64,000 nucleotides of DNA from Bacteroidales bacterium (lineage in GTDB: Bacteria; Bacteroidota; Bacteroidia; Bacteroidales; WCHB1-69). This document shows, one piece after another, positions 48,475 to 58,399 of this stretch (positions are counted from its first letter, which is position 1; every line of letters begins with the position of its first letter). The translations under genes and the position numbers were made by a program. The notes under the pieces are model-generated. The model did not search any database and was not told where the DNA came from. It worked only from the letters and a program-made list of their open reading frames with translations. The stretch covers positions 249,528 to 313,527 of the forward strand of contig JAVBLM010000019.1 in assembly GCA_031553535.1 (NCBI GenBank), read 5' to 3'.

Positions 48475-49581
48475 ATGAGTAAACAAATAATCAGTCATTC
48501 GATAGGAATTCTTGTGTTGGGAATCATTTTCATGTCATGCAGTCAGCAAAATATGATGCAACAATCTCAGAGTGAATACAAACTAATGGAAATAGGATTG
48601 ACCGATAAAACACTTTCCTCCAATTATTCGGCGTCCATCAAAGGCAGGCAAGACATAGAAATCCGTCCGCAAATTTCCGGACTTATTACGGATATATTGG
48701 TAACGGAAGGCGAAACTGTCCGCAAAGGACAAACCTTGTTCATTATCGACCAGGTAGCATACAAAGCATCTTTGAAAACAGCAAAAGCCAACGTAGAAGC
48801 TGCCAAAGCAACTGTCGAAACCGAAAAGCTGACCGTTGCCAGCAAAGAAGAATTATATGCACAAGATGTGATATCGCTTCACGATTTGCAGACCTCCCGT
48901 AATTCGCTCAAGAGCGCCGAAGCACAGCTTGCACAGGCAAAAGCACAGGAAATAAATGCTCATAATGATTTATCGTATACTACAATAAAAAGCCCGGTGG
49001 ATGGCGTTGTCGGGACATTGCCTTATCGTGTGGGATCGCTTGTAAATTCTTCTATTACAACTCCACTCACTACTGTTTCCGATAATTCTGAGATGCACGT
49101 TTATTTCTCCATGACTGAAAATCATGTTCTATCGCTCACGCGTCAATACGGTTCATTAGCGAAAGCGGTTGTATCTATGCCGGAAGTAGAACTAAAATTG
49201 AGCGATGGAAGCATATATGAAACCAAAGGTCGTATAGAAACCATCAGCGGCATTATCGACAAAACAACCGGTGCAATTAGCGTACGGGCAACATTTCTCA
49301 ATGAAAACGGTATTTTGTTAAGCGGCGGTGCCGGTAGTGTGATTTTTCCTTACGAAATGAAAAATGTTATCGTAATTCCACAGGCTGCCACGTATGAATT
49401 GCAAGATAAAATATTTATATACAAAGTTATTGAAGGCATTGCAGAATCAACAGAAATCAAAACTTTCCAGATAAACGATGGCATGACTTACATTGTGGAA
49501 TCCGGCCTTTCAATAGGAGATGTTATTGTTGCTGAAGGAGCTGGATTAATGTGTAATGGGACAATTGTCCAAACAAAATAA
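48475..49581 (+). CDS. efflux RND transporter periplasmic adaptor subunit (lipoprotein)
   Basis: Lipobox ..IFMSCS, with lipoyl/alpha-hairpin/beta-barrel order (IRPQISGLITDILV..GETVRKGQTLF). Confidence 0.9.
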   Translation: MSKQIISHSIGILVLGIIFMSCSQQNMMQQSQSEYKLMEIGLTDKTLSSNYSASIKGRQDIEIRPQISGLITDILVTEGETVRKGQTLFIIDQVAYKASLKTAKANVEAAKATVETEKLTVASKEELYAQDVISLHDLQTSRNSLKSAEAQLAQAKAQEINAHNDLSYTTIKSPVDGVVGTLPYRVGSLVNSSITTPLTTVSDNSEMHVYFSMTENHVLSLTRQYGSLAKAVVSMPEVELKLSDGSIYETKGRIETISGIIDKTTGAISVRATFLNENGILLSGGAGSVIFPYEMKNVIVIPQAATYELQDKIFIYKVIEGIAESTEIKTFQINDGMTYIVESGLSIGDVIVAEGAGLMCNGTIVQTK

Positions 49582-49630
49582 ATCATAAACCTTCACAGTT
49601 TGATAAATCTTAATTTTTAAATCAAAAAGT

Positions 49631-52600
49631 ATGACAATAAAAACCTTCATAGATCGTCCTATTCTTTCTGCAGTTATTTCCATTGCAATTGTTATATTGG
49701 GGATCATAGGACTTCAATCGTTGCCCATAGAGCAATATCCGACCATTGCAACTCCAACGGTCATGGTTTCGGCTTCTTACACCGGAGCTGATGCCCAAAC
49801 GGTACAAAACAGTGTTATCATTCCGTTGGAAGAGGCAATTAACGGAGTAGAAAATATGATATATATGACTTCGGATGCCAGCAATAACGGTTCGGCTTCT
49901 ATTTCGGTATATTTCGAGCAGGGAACCGACCCCGATATGGCGGCAATCAACGTACAGAACCGCGTTTCGCAAGCAAGCGGACAGCTTCCGGCAGATGTTA
50001 CCAAAGGCGGAGTAACGGTAAGCAAAATGCAGAACAGTCAAGTAATGATTTTTAACCTTTACAGCAGCGACGACCGTTTCGACGAATTATTCCTCTCCAA
50101 TTATGTAAATATCAATATTATTCCTAAAATACTTCGGATTGAAGGTGTTGGCGGCGTGGATGTGTTAGGGTCGGATTATGCAATTCGTATCTGGTTGAAT
50201 CCCGGATTGATGGCACAGTATAAACTTGTTCCACAGGACATTGCCGATGTATTAGGCGAACAAAATTTAGAATCTCCAACCGGAAATTTCGGTGAAAATT
50301 CAGACAATATGTTCCAATATTCCATGAAATACAGAGGACGTTTTGAAACGCCGGAAGAATTTGGAGAATTGGTTATCCGTTCGCTTCCCGATGGTGAAGT
50401 GTTGCAGTTGAAAGATATTGCAGATATAGAACTTGGAGCACAAAGCTACACCATGACCGGAACAGCAAACGGGCATCCGGGAACCGTTTGTATGGTTTCG
50501 CAAACTGCCAATTCCAATGCCCGCGATATTGCTATTCAGATTGAAAATTTATTGGAAGAAATAGAAGGAGACTTACCTCCCGGTGTAAAAATCGGCACCG
50601 TGCAAAATGTACGCGATTTCTTGGATGCTTCCATAAAAAATGTGCTTACAACATTGCTTGAAGCCCTCATTCTGGTTATACTTGTTGTGTATATTTTCTT
50701 ACAAAACGCCCGGTTAACACTTATTCCGATGATCGGCATATTTGTTTCCCTTATAGGTACATTCGGTGCTTTATCATTGCTTGGCTACAGCATTAACTTA
50801 CTGACATTATTTGCGTTGGTTCTTGCTATCGGAACGGTGGTAGACGATGCCATTATTGTCGTCGAAGCGATACAGGCGAAACTCGACCAAGGCTACAAAT
50901 CTGCTTACAAGGCAACGGTGGACGGTATGAATGGCATCACTTCACCGATTATCGTCAGTACGATGGTTTTTATGGCGGTATTTATTCCGGTAACTTTTAT
51001 CGGTGGAACGTCCGGCATTTTTTTCACACAATTCGGCGTAACAATGGCTGTAGCGGTAGGAATTTCCGCGCTGAATGCACTTACACTCAGTCCTGCCCTC
51101 TGCGCTTTATTGATTCGTCCGGAAAAAGATTCGGGAGAAGGCGGAAAGTCATTCCAACAACGTTTCCGTAAAGGATTCAATGCTGCATTCCATACAATTA
51201 CAAATCGTTATACCAGCGGCGTTAAATTTATACTGAAACGTAAATGGGTGGCAGGCGGAATTTTGGCGACAACTTTTGCTCTGTTGGTCTTTACAATGGT
51301 AAATACCAAGACAGGCCTTGTTCCCGATGAAGACCAGGGGATGCTTTTTGTAAACGTAAATACTGCTCCGGGAACAACACTTAGTCAAACGCAAGAAGTA
51401 ATGACAAAAGTGGAAGAAGCGATTAAAGATATTCCCCAGATTGCCGAATATTCCAACAACGCCGGGTTCGGGATGCTTTCGGGGCAAACGCCGACTGCCG
51501 GAATGATTATGCTGCGTCTAAAACCGTGGGATGAACGCAAAGGAAAAGACGATGATATTGACGCTGTTATAAACGAAATTTACGCCCGTACGACAAATAT
51601 CAAAAATGCAAACCTTTTCATATTTTCGCCCCCAATGATTATTGGATATGGTTCGGGTGACGGTTTCGAAATGTATATGCAGGATAGAGCCGGAGGAACG
51701 GTAGAAGACCTTTATTATGCAACACAGGATTTTATTGCCAAACTCAACGAACGTCCCGAAATTGGCATGGCATATTTTACATTTGATATTAAATACCCCC
51801 AATATTCTGTGGAAGTAGATTTTGCCAAATGCAAACGGGCGGGCGTATCACCAAGTGAAGTCTTGTCGGTGATCTCGAGTTATTACGGAGGCATTTATTC
51901 TTCCGACATAAACCGTTTCTCGAAAGTATATCGCGTCATGATGCAAGCGTCAACAGAATATCGTCTTGATACAGAATCGCTCAACAATATTTTTGTCCGC
52001 ACAGATGAAGGAATGGCACCAGTGGCTCAATTTGTTACATTGACTAAAACGTATGGCTCGGAGACTATCAGCCGTTTCAATATGTTTAATTCAATAGCCG
52101 TAAACGGTTCTCCGGCAGATGGATACAGTTCCGGTGATGCCATTCAAGCAGTTAAAGAAACTGCCGCACAGTATCTTCCTACTGGATACGGGTATGAGTT
52201 TAGCGGTATGAGTCGTGAAGAATCGGATAGTAGTAATAATACGGTCATTATAATTGGATTATGTATATTGTTTATCTTTTTGATCCTTTCGGCATTATAT
52301 GAAAGTTTCTTGATTCCGCTTGCCGTAATTTTATCCGTTCCTATCGGATTAATGGGCAGCTTTTTATTCACTTGGATGCTCGGATTGGAAAATAATATTT
52401 ACCTTCAAACCGGCGTAATTATGCTCATCGGGCTTTTATCTAAAACTGCCATTTTGATTACCGAATTGGCGCAACGCTACCGAAAAGAAGGATTGAGCAT
52501 TACAGAATCCGCTTTGAGAGCAGCCAAAGAACGTCTTCGTCCAATTTTGATGACCGCTTTAACTATGATAGTCGGATTACTTCCTTTGGTATTTTCATCG

Positions 52601-52768
52601 GGAGCAGGGGCTAACGGCAATATCTCACTTGGTGTGGGAACGGTATTCGGTATGACAATTGGAACTTTAGCCTTGTTGTTTATAACCCCGTCATTGTTTG
52701 CTGTGATGCAAAAATTACAGGAGAAAATCCCATCTAAAAGAAGATTGAAAATTAAAATGTTACGTTAA
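49631..52768 (+). CDS. efflux RND transporter permease subunit (AcrB/HAE1 type)
   Basis: 1045 aa. MTIKTFIDRPILSAVISIAIV N-terminus, 12 TM segments, two large periplasmic loops, and the VVDDAIIVVE motif. Confidence 0.95.
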   Translation: MTIKTFIDRPILSAVISIAIVILGIIGLQSLPIEQYPTIATPTVMVSASYTGADAQTVQNSVIIPLEEAINGVENMIYMTSDASNNGSASISVYFEQGTDPDMAAINVQNRVSQASGQLPADVTKGGVTVSKMQNSQVMIFNLYSSDDRFDELFLSNYVNINIIPKILRIEGVGGVDVLGSDYAIRIWLNPGLMAQYKLVPQDIADVLGEQNLESPTGNFGENSDNMFQYSMKYRGRFETPEEFGELVIRSLPDGEVLQLKDIADIELGAQSYTMTGTANGHPGTVCMVSQTANSNARDIAIQIENLLEEIEGDLPPGVKIGTVQNVRDFLDASIKNVLTTLLEALILVILVVYIFLQNARLTLIPMIGIFVSLIGTFGALSLLGYSINLLTLFALVLAIGTVVDDAIIVVEAIQAKLDQGYKSAYKATVDGMNGITSPIIVSTMVFMAVFIPVTFIGGTSGIFFTQFGVTMAVAVGISALNALTLSPALCALLIRPEKDSGEGGKSFQQRFRKGFNAAFHTITNRYTSGVKFILKRKWVAGGILATTFALLVFTMVNTKTGLVPDEDQGMLFVNVNTAPGTTLSQTQEVMTKVEEAIKDIPQIAEYSNNAGFGMLSGQTPTAGMIMLRLKPWDERKGKDDDIDAVINEIYARTTNIKNANLFIFSPPMIIGYGSGDGFEMYMQDRAGGTVEDLYYATQDFIAKLNERPEIGMAYFTFDIKYPQYSVEVDFAKCKRAGVSPSEVLSVISSYYGGIYSSDINRFSKVYRVMMQASTEYRLDTESLNNIFVRTDEGMAPVAQFVTLTKTYGSETISRFNMFNSIAVNGSPADGYSSGDAIQAVKETAAQYLPTGYGYEFSGMSREESDSSNNTVIIIGLCILFIFLILSALYESFLIPLAVILSVPIGLMGSFLFTWMLGLENNIYLQTGVIMLIGLLSKTAILITELAQRYRKEGLSITESALRAAKERLRPILMTALTMIVGLLPLVFSSGAGANGNISLGVGTVFGMTIGTLALLFITPSLFAVMQKLQEKIPSKRRLKIKMLR

Positions 52769-52813
52769 AAATCTTAAAGGTTCAAACCCAAAATAAATGA
52801 TAAAAATTTTTAT

Positions 52814-54172
52814 ATGAAAAGAATAATCATAATATTCGCAATAGCATGTACGATGAGCGGATGCAGTATTTATACTAAATATTCTCGTCCCGAAGTCCAC
52901 ACTGATGGCGTATTCGGAGAAAATGTTGAAACGACAGATACAACAACTATTGGTGATATGCAATGGACAGAAATATATTCAGATATATACTTGCAGAAAT
53001 TGATCCGAAAAGGGTTAGAAAACAATACCGATCTTCAGATTGCCCGCTTACGAATTACACAAGCACAGGCTTCGTTGAAATCAGCAAAATTGGCATATGC
53101 TCCTTCGGTTTCTTTTAATGCATCGGGGACTATCAGCAGTTTCGACCAACAATCAGCAAGCAAAACCTACGAATTGCCCATAAACGCCAGTTGGGAAATA
53201 GATATTTTCGGAAAATTAACCAATCAAAAACGGCAGGCGGAGGCTTCTTTGGAAGAAAGTGAAACTTATAAACAAGCTGTTCAAACACAATTGATTGCCA
53301 ATATTGCTAATTCTTATTATACTTTGTTGATGTTGGATGAACAGTTGAGGATAACCGAACAAACTGCCATAAATTGGGAAGGTAATGTTAAAACGTTGCG
53401 GGCTTTAAAGCAAGCAGGCGAATCCAATCAGGCAGCCGTTGCACAAGCGGAAGCTAATAAATGTTCGGTAGATGCTTCCATGCTTGATTTAAAGCAACAA
53501 GTCACGGAAGTACAAAATTCATTATGTACTTTGCTAGGCGAAGTTTTGCATACGATAGAACGGGGAAGTCTGAAAAATCAAACTTTCCCTGAAGAACTAT
53601 CCATTGGAGTTCCTATTCAATTGTTGTCCAACCGTCCCGATGTACGGAATGCCGAAGCCTCCTTGAAAAAGGCTTATTATTATACCAATGAAGCTCGTTC
53701 CTATTTTTATCCCTCTTTAAATCTAAGCGGACTTTTCGGCTGGACAAATAGTGGCGGCGGAGTTGTAACCAATCCGGGAACATTGATTTGGCAAGTTGTT
53801 GGCTCACTTAGTCAGCCCATTTTCAATAAAGGGACAAATAAAGCCCGTCTTGAAATAGCTAAAGCCCAACAAGAAGAAGCAAAACTAACCTTCCAGCAAA
53901 CCATTTTAGATGCAGGAGCGGAAGTCAATACCAATCTTGCAAAATATCAAACCGCGAAAGAGAAAGTTGCCATTTACGAAAAACAGATCCGACTGCTCGA
54001 ATCTGCCGTAAAATCAACAAGATTATTAATGGATTACGGAACAACTAATTATTTGGAAGTCCTCACCGCACAACAAACCTTATTAGAAGCAGAGCTTTCA
54101 CAAATCTCCAATCGTTTTGATGAAATACAAAGCATTATCAATTTATACAGCGCATTGGGAGGAGGAGGATAA
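52814..54172 (+). CDS. efflux transporter outer-membrane factor lipoprotein (NodT/TolC family)
   Basis: Lipobox ..CTMSGCS. Two TolC-like repeats, and a NRPDVRNAE motif. Confidence 0.9.
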   Translation: MKRIIIIFAIACTMSGCSIYTKYSRPEVHTDGVFGENVETTDTTTIGDMQWTEIYSDIYLQKLIRKGLENNTDLQIARLRITQAQASLKSAKLAYAPSVSFNASGTISSFDQQSASKTYELPINASWEIDIFGKLTNQKRQAEASLEESETYKQAVQTQLIANIANSYYTLLMLDEQLRITEQTAINWEGNVKTLRALKQAGESNQAAVAQAEANKCSVDASMLDLKQQVTEVQNSLCTLLGEVLHTIERGSLKNQTFPEELSIGVPIQLLSNRPDVRNAEASLKKAYYYTNEARSYFYPSLNLSGLFGWTNSGGGVVTNPGTLIWQVVGSLSQPIFNKGTNKARLEIAKAQQEEAKLTFQQTILDAGAEVNTNLAKYQTAKEKVAIYEKQIRLLESAVKSTRLLMDYGTTNYLEVLTAQQTLLEAELSQISNRFDEIQSIINLYSALGGGG

Positions 54173-54228
54173 TTTAATTAATAAACCAAATCGGGGAATA
54201 CACCTGTATTTTCAGATTTTAACACCAT

Positions 54229-54459
54229 ATGATTATGATAAAAAGTGATATTAGCAGAAATGCAGATATAATCAGTCATTTATTAACTGCCAAAGGCGAA
54301 ATGACCATTGTGGAAATCAAAGAGCTTACAGGCTATGAAGATATGGCGATAGCCCTCGCCCTGGGATGGCTTGCCAAGGAGAACCGGATCAGATTCTTCA
54401 ATAAGAATTATCAGTTTATAGTCGAATCTGTCAGGAGTTACACAGAAACATATTATTAA
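54229..54459 (+). CDS. small winged helix-turn-helix domain protein
   Basis: 76 aa. MTIVEIKELTGYEDMAIALALGWLAKENRI resembles a wHTH recognition unit. It lies between the RND and MATE genes. Confidence 0.55.
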   Translation: MIMIKSDISRNADIISHLLTAKGEMTIVEIKELTGYEDMAIALALGWLAKENRIRFFNKNYQFIVESVRSYTETYY

Positions 54460-54474
54460 CCGGAAAATATAGAA

Positions 54475-55842
54475 ATGTCCGCAAGTCAGGTAGAAATATT
54501 AGGAACAGCAAAAGAAGGAAATCTATTGTATCAGTATGCTCTGCCTTCAATTGTTGCAATGCTGGCTCAGTCTTTGTACAACCTTGCCGATAGTATTTTC
54601 ATCGGTCATGGAGTTGGTGTTTTAGCGATTGCGGCTTTGTCTATAGCATTACCATTGATGAACTTGAGCGCTGCTTTAGGTTCATTAATTGCTACAGGAG
54701 CTTCTACGCAGATAGCCATTTCGCTTGGAGAAAAAAATAAAAAAGCGGCAACTCTTTGTGCAGGAAATGTTGTCTTGTTAAATTTAATCATTGCAATAAG
54801 CTATTCAATTATTGCCTTAATCTTTTTAGAGCCGATTTTGCTGTTCTTCGGAGCAAGCCAAGACACGCTTCCTTTTGCAAAAGACTATATGCAAATAATA
54901 TTAATCGGAAATATTTTCACCCAATTATTTTTCGGATTATACGAAATAATACGCTCGTCAGGATATCCGAAAAAAGCAATGAGATTAATTTTATTGGCTG
55001 TTATTCTTAATTGCATCCTGGACGCCCTGTTTATTTTTATTTTTGGTTGGGGGGTTAAAGGAGCTGCTTTTGCTACCATATTAGCACAGGTCATTGCAGT
55101 GGCATTTGAATTGAAACATTTGACAAACAAAAACCATGTTATACATTTTGACTGTACTATTTTCCATCTGAAAAAAGATATTGTTTTTAAAATTATCGGA
55201 ATAGGACTTTCGCCTTTTATTGTCAATATCTGCAACAGTTTGGTTGTAATAATTTTCAATAACACATTTAAACAATATGGCGGCGACTTGTATATTGCCG
55301 CGTACGGAATTGTAAACAGGTTCATTACAATTATTTTTATGATTTTGATAGGCCTAGCACAAGGAGTACAACCTATACTTGGATATAATTTCGGAGCAAA
55401 ACTCTATTTGAGAGTAAGAAAAACGCTCATATTAGCTTTAATGGGTGGTATTGGCATAGCAAGTTTTGCATTTATTTTATTTCAGAGCATTACCGAAGTA
55501 CTCTGCAAATTATTTACAACCGATTCTCAATTGATAAATATTTCTATCCAAGGATTACGAATTATGAGCACAATGTTGCCCCTAGTCGGATTCCAAGTCA
55601 TTGCTTCCAACTTCTTTTTATCAATCGGATATGCCAAAAAATCTATATTTCTTTCGCTCACACGTCAATTTCTATTTCTCATTCCTTGTATTATAATAAT
55701 GCCCCTATTTTGGGGTATTACCGGGATTTGGGCAAGCAGTCCGGTAGCAGATTTAACGGCAACCATAGTTACAGGGCTAATGTTGCTATATCAACTTAAA
55801 TTATTAAAAAACATGCAATGTAATGTACAACAAATTACCTAA
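54475..55842 (+). CDS. MATE family efflux transporter
   Basis: 455 aa, 12 TM segments, with N-terminal LLYQYALPSIVAMLAQSLYNLADSIFIG. Confidence 0.9.
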   Translation: MSASQVEILGTAKEGNLLYQYALPSIVAMLAQSLYNLADSIFIGHGVGVLAIAALSIALPLMNLSAALGSLIATGASTQIAISLGEKNKKAATLCAGNVVLLNLIIAISYSIIALIFLEPILLFFGASQDTLPFAKDYMQIILIGNIFTQLFFGLYEIIRSSGYPKKAMRLILLAVILNCILDALFIFIFGWGVKGAAFATILAQVIAVAFELKHLTNKNHVIHFDCTIFHLKKDIVFKIIGIGLSPFIVNICNSLVVIIFNNTFKQYGGDLYIAAYGIVNRFITIIFMILIGLAQGVQPILGYNFGAKLYLRVRKTLILALMGGIGIASFAFILFQSITEVLCKLFTTDSQLINISIQGLRIMSTMLPLVGFQVIASNFFLSIGYAKKSIFLSLTRQFLFLIPCIIIMPLFWGITGIWASSPVADLTATIVTGLMLLYQLKLLKNMQCNVQQIT

Positions 55843-56506
55843 TATAGAACAACAGTTAAGGAATTATATCAACACAAAACTTAAACGTGCCGGACTACTC
55901 TTTCGGATTTATTCAAGGATAAAAGACGAAAACTCCGTTTTAGAAAAAATCAAACACCGTCAATACGAATCAAACAATGACTTGCTTCAAGATTTAATCG
56001 GTATTAAAATCTCAACTTATTTTGGAGATGATATTTTTGTTTTGTCGGATTACTTCAATTCACATTTTGAGGTATTGGATTACGAAGAAGATGACCCTAT
56101 AAAAAATCGATTCCGACCGGTACGTTTGAATATTGTGTGCGGTCTGCCCAACAATTTAGCCAAGCAATTCAATCAGTTGAAAAAAGAATATCCTAATGAA
56201 ATGAAATATATGGATTCCACCTTTGAAATCCAAATCCGGACACTGCTCGCAGATTCATGGCATCAAATAGACCACGAAATGCGGTACAAATGTAAAGACG
56301 AATGGAAAGATTATGAAGCCAGAAGCGAATTGCTCGATGAAATTCATGCAAATTTGGGAAATAACGATAAGTCTTTGCATGGACTTTTCGATGATTTATC
56401 TATTCAGCACTATCGAAATAAAAGTTGGATGGGAATGTTGAGAAACAAATATCGCTTGCATTTTTATTCCCAAACCTTTATCCCAAGAATTATCAGAAAT
56501 CCTTGA
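55823..56506 (+). CDS. divergent RelA/SpoT-domain nucleotidyltransferase (small alarmone synthetase-like); apparently truncated by a frameshift
   Basis: RIKDENSVLEKIK (RxKxxxSxxxK), DLIGIK and FEIQIRTLLADSWHQIDHEMRYK (ExQIRT) motifs. It has a 20-nt overlap with the MATE gene end. Confidence 0.7.
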   Translation: MYNKLPNIEQQLRNYINTKLKRAGLLFRIYSRIKDENSVLEKIKHRQYESNNDLLQDLIGIKISTYFGDDIFVLSDYFNSHFEVLDYEEDDPIKNRFRPVRLNIVCGLPNNLAKQFNQLKKEYPNEMKYMDSTFEIQIRTLLADSWHQIDHEMRYKCKDEWKDYEARSELLDEIHANLGNNDKSLHGLFDDLSIQHYRNKSWMGMLRNKYRLHFYSQTFIPRIIRNP

Positions 56507-56756
56507 CACCGACAATATACTGGTAAAACAACTCTTCAAAGCCGACAGAGAAACTGTCATTAATGCACTCCTTGATGCAGAACACCAAATCGAAGTATCA
56601 TTTGACAATATTGTTTATTTGAGCAATCATTTATTTATTCATGACGAGAGAATATTGAAATTAATGCCGGAAAAATGTGCATTAGATACTTTATTTGATA
56701 TTTTCGGAATAAAGTTTTCCTCTTTTCATAAACCGAAAAAAATCTTTCGAAAATAG
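56442..56756 (+). other. 105-codon open frame without start codon, +1 relative to the RelA/SpoT ORF; probable displaced C-terminal part
   Basis: The frame reads ..FIPKPLSQELSEILDTDNILVKQLFKADRETVINALLDAEHQIEVSFDNIVYLSNHLFIHDERILKLMPEK.. up to the TAG at 56754-56756. A T5 run at 56461-56465 lies in the 65-nt overlap. Confidence 0.55.
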
Positions 56757-56929
56757 AGCACTTGTTTAGCTGCATAAAGCCTTCGTTCAGTAGAATTTGC
56801 AATTCTGCTTTTCCAACTCCTCAAAGTCCCTCTGTCCCTTTTTAAACATCTACCATTTAGAAATTCAATTTAGTCCTTTAGATGAGTAAAAAAGCATTTA
56901 AAACATAGAACTTTAAACAAAATAAATGG

Positions 56930-56937
56930 TATTTTTG
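56930..56937 (+). promoter_or_regulatory. putative -7 promoter box (TAnnTTTG)
   Basis: TATTTTTG, 229 nt upstream of the ATG at 57166. Confidence 0.3.
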
Positions 56938-57165
56938 CAAAATGACATTAAACAGAGTAATAAATAACACATAACCAGTGGCTTGATTTTCAGATAGGAG
57001 TTAAACTTGTCAAAAACTTTGTGCGTAACTTGGAACTTCATTGCCCGTATCAACAGCAGTGTCTCCCCTTTCACCAAGTTGCCGGGCATTAGGGTCATGT
57101 ATGAGCGACAGTAAAAATGGGACAACGAATTAGAAAATTGAATTTAAAAATAAAAGATTAGAAAT

Positions 57166-57612
57166 ATGGACAGAAAATATGCTTGTTACTGCGGTCTTTA
57201 CTGTGGAAATTGCGCGGTCAAAGTGAAAGTTGAACCGGCATCGAGAGTTTTGTATGAAGAAATGCAGAAGTTGGGATTTGAAGAAATTATGCCATTCTTT
57301 CCCGATGGTGAAAAATTTTGGTCGTTCTTAAAAGGTATGTCTGTTGAAGGTGTATGTATCTCATGTAAAGAGGGAAGTGGAAATCCTTCCTGCAAAGTCA
57401 GACTATGTGCAAAAGAAAAAAACATTGAAATGTGCGCATTATGCGAAAGTTATCCTTGCGAATATTTTACGGATTTTTTTGAAGGCTATCCTATGCTTAA
57501 ACATGACAATTCTATTTTGCGAGAAAATGGTTGGGAGTCCTGGGAAAAACTTCAAGATGAACGCCAAGCAAGAGAATTTGCGTTTGCCTATGCTAAAAAC
57601 AGCAATGAATAG
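57166..57612 (+). CDS. DUF3795 family Cys-rich protein
   Basis: The MDRKYACYCGLYCGNCAVKVK N-terminus and further CxxC pairs are typical of DUF3795. Confidence 0.65.
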   Translation: MDRKYACYCGLYCGNCAVKVKVEPASRVLYEEMQKLGFEEIMPFFPDGEKFWSFLKGMSVEGVCISCKEGSGNPSCKVRLCAKEKNIEMCALCESYPCEYFTDFFEGYPMLKHDNSILRENGWESWEKLQDERQAREFAFAYAKNSNE

Positions 57613-57643
57613 GAAAAAAATATGAAATCAAACGAAACATAGA

Positions 57644-58399
57644 ATGAAACAAAAATCATCAAGAATACTACTTATCATTTTATACGTTTTGATTTTACTG
57701 AGCAATCATTGCTTTGCGCAAGACAAAAATGAAATTTCCATTTACGCGGGATTTTTGCAGTTAAAAGAAGAACTGAATCAAAGTATCGTATATAATGGGC
57801 CACAAATAGGAATTCATTATCAGCGAAATATCTTTTTTAAAAAATGGGAATTACGCTATAAGCCTAAAATCGCATTAGGCATTCCTTTCAATAGAGGCAT
57901 GACAGGGGTTAATATTAACTTTGTGCCTATTGATTTTTCGGGAATTGTGCCTGTTTACAAAAACGAAAAGCACAATCTAAAAATAGGATTGAATTTTGAG
58001 GCAAATTACAGTTACCAAGCATATCCTGAACAACATAGCGCACACTTGTTTTGGTACAGCGAAATCGGAATTGCACCATGCATAGAATATAATTATCAAT
58101 GGAATCAACAAAAAATCAAGGTATTTTTACAGAATTCCATTGCAGGATTTGTTTCCCGAATCAAAGAAATCACACCCTATTTCTATTCGTTCAAATTTTC
58201 AGACTTTTTTACGCAACCACATAAAGATATGGAATTCGCCAGTTTTGACAAATACAGCCATACAAATGCGTCTGTTGAATATGTGCCAAATATATCCAAA
58301 GGTCATTCGTTTGCATTGGGCATAGAATACATTGACAGTTATTTTGACAACCGTTTTCAATCATTAAATTATTATTTGCAATGGAAAAAAACATTTTAA
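57644..58399 (+). CDS. hypothetical secreted protein, probable outer-membrane beta-barrel
   Basis: Signal peptide ..LLSNHCFAQ, aromatic-rich alternating strands, and a C-terminal ..LQWKKTF. Confidence 0.45.
   Translation: MKQKSSRILLIILYVLILLSNHCFAQDKNEISIYAGFLQLKEELNQSIVYNGPQIGIHYQRNIFFKKWELRYKPKIALGIPFNRGMTGVNINFVPIDFSGIVPVYKNEKHNLKIGLNFEANYSYQAYPEQHSAHLFWYSEIGIAPCIEYNYQWNQQKIKVFLQNSIAGFVSRIKEITPYFYSFKFSDFFTQPHKDMEFASFDKYSHTNASVEYVPNISKGHSFALGIEYIDSYFDNRFQSLNYYLQWKKTF

Noticed and set aside
56913-57125. 70-aa minus-strand ORF as a possible ISL3-type transposase relic (..KVFDKFNSY.. versus the DxFH motif)
   Set aside because: The similarity rests on about 6 residues from memory. There are no inverted repeats or further transposase motifs, so it is too weak to call.
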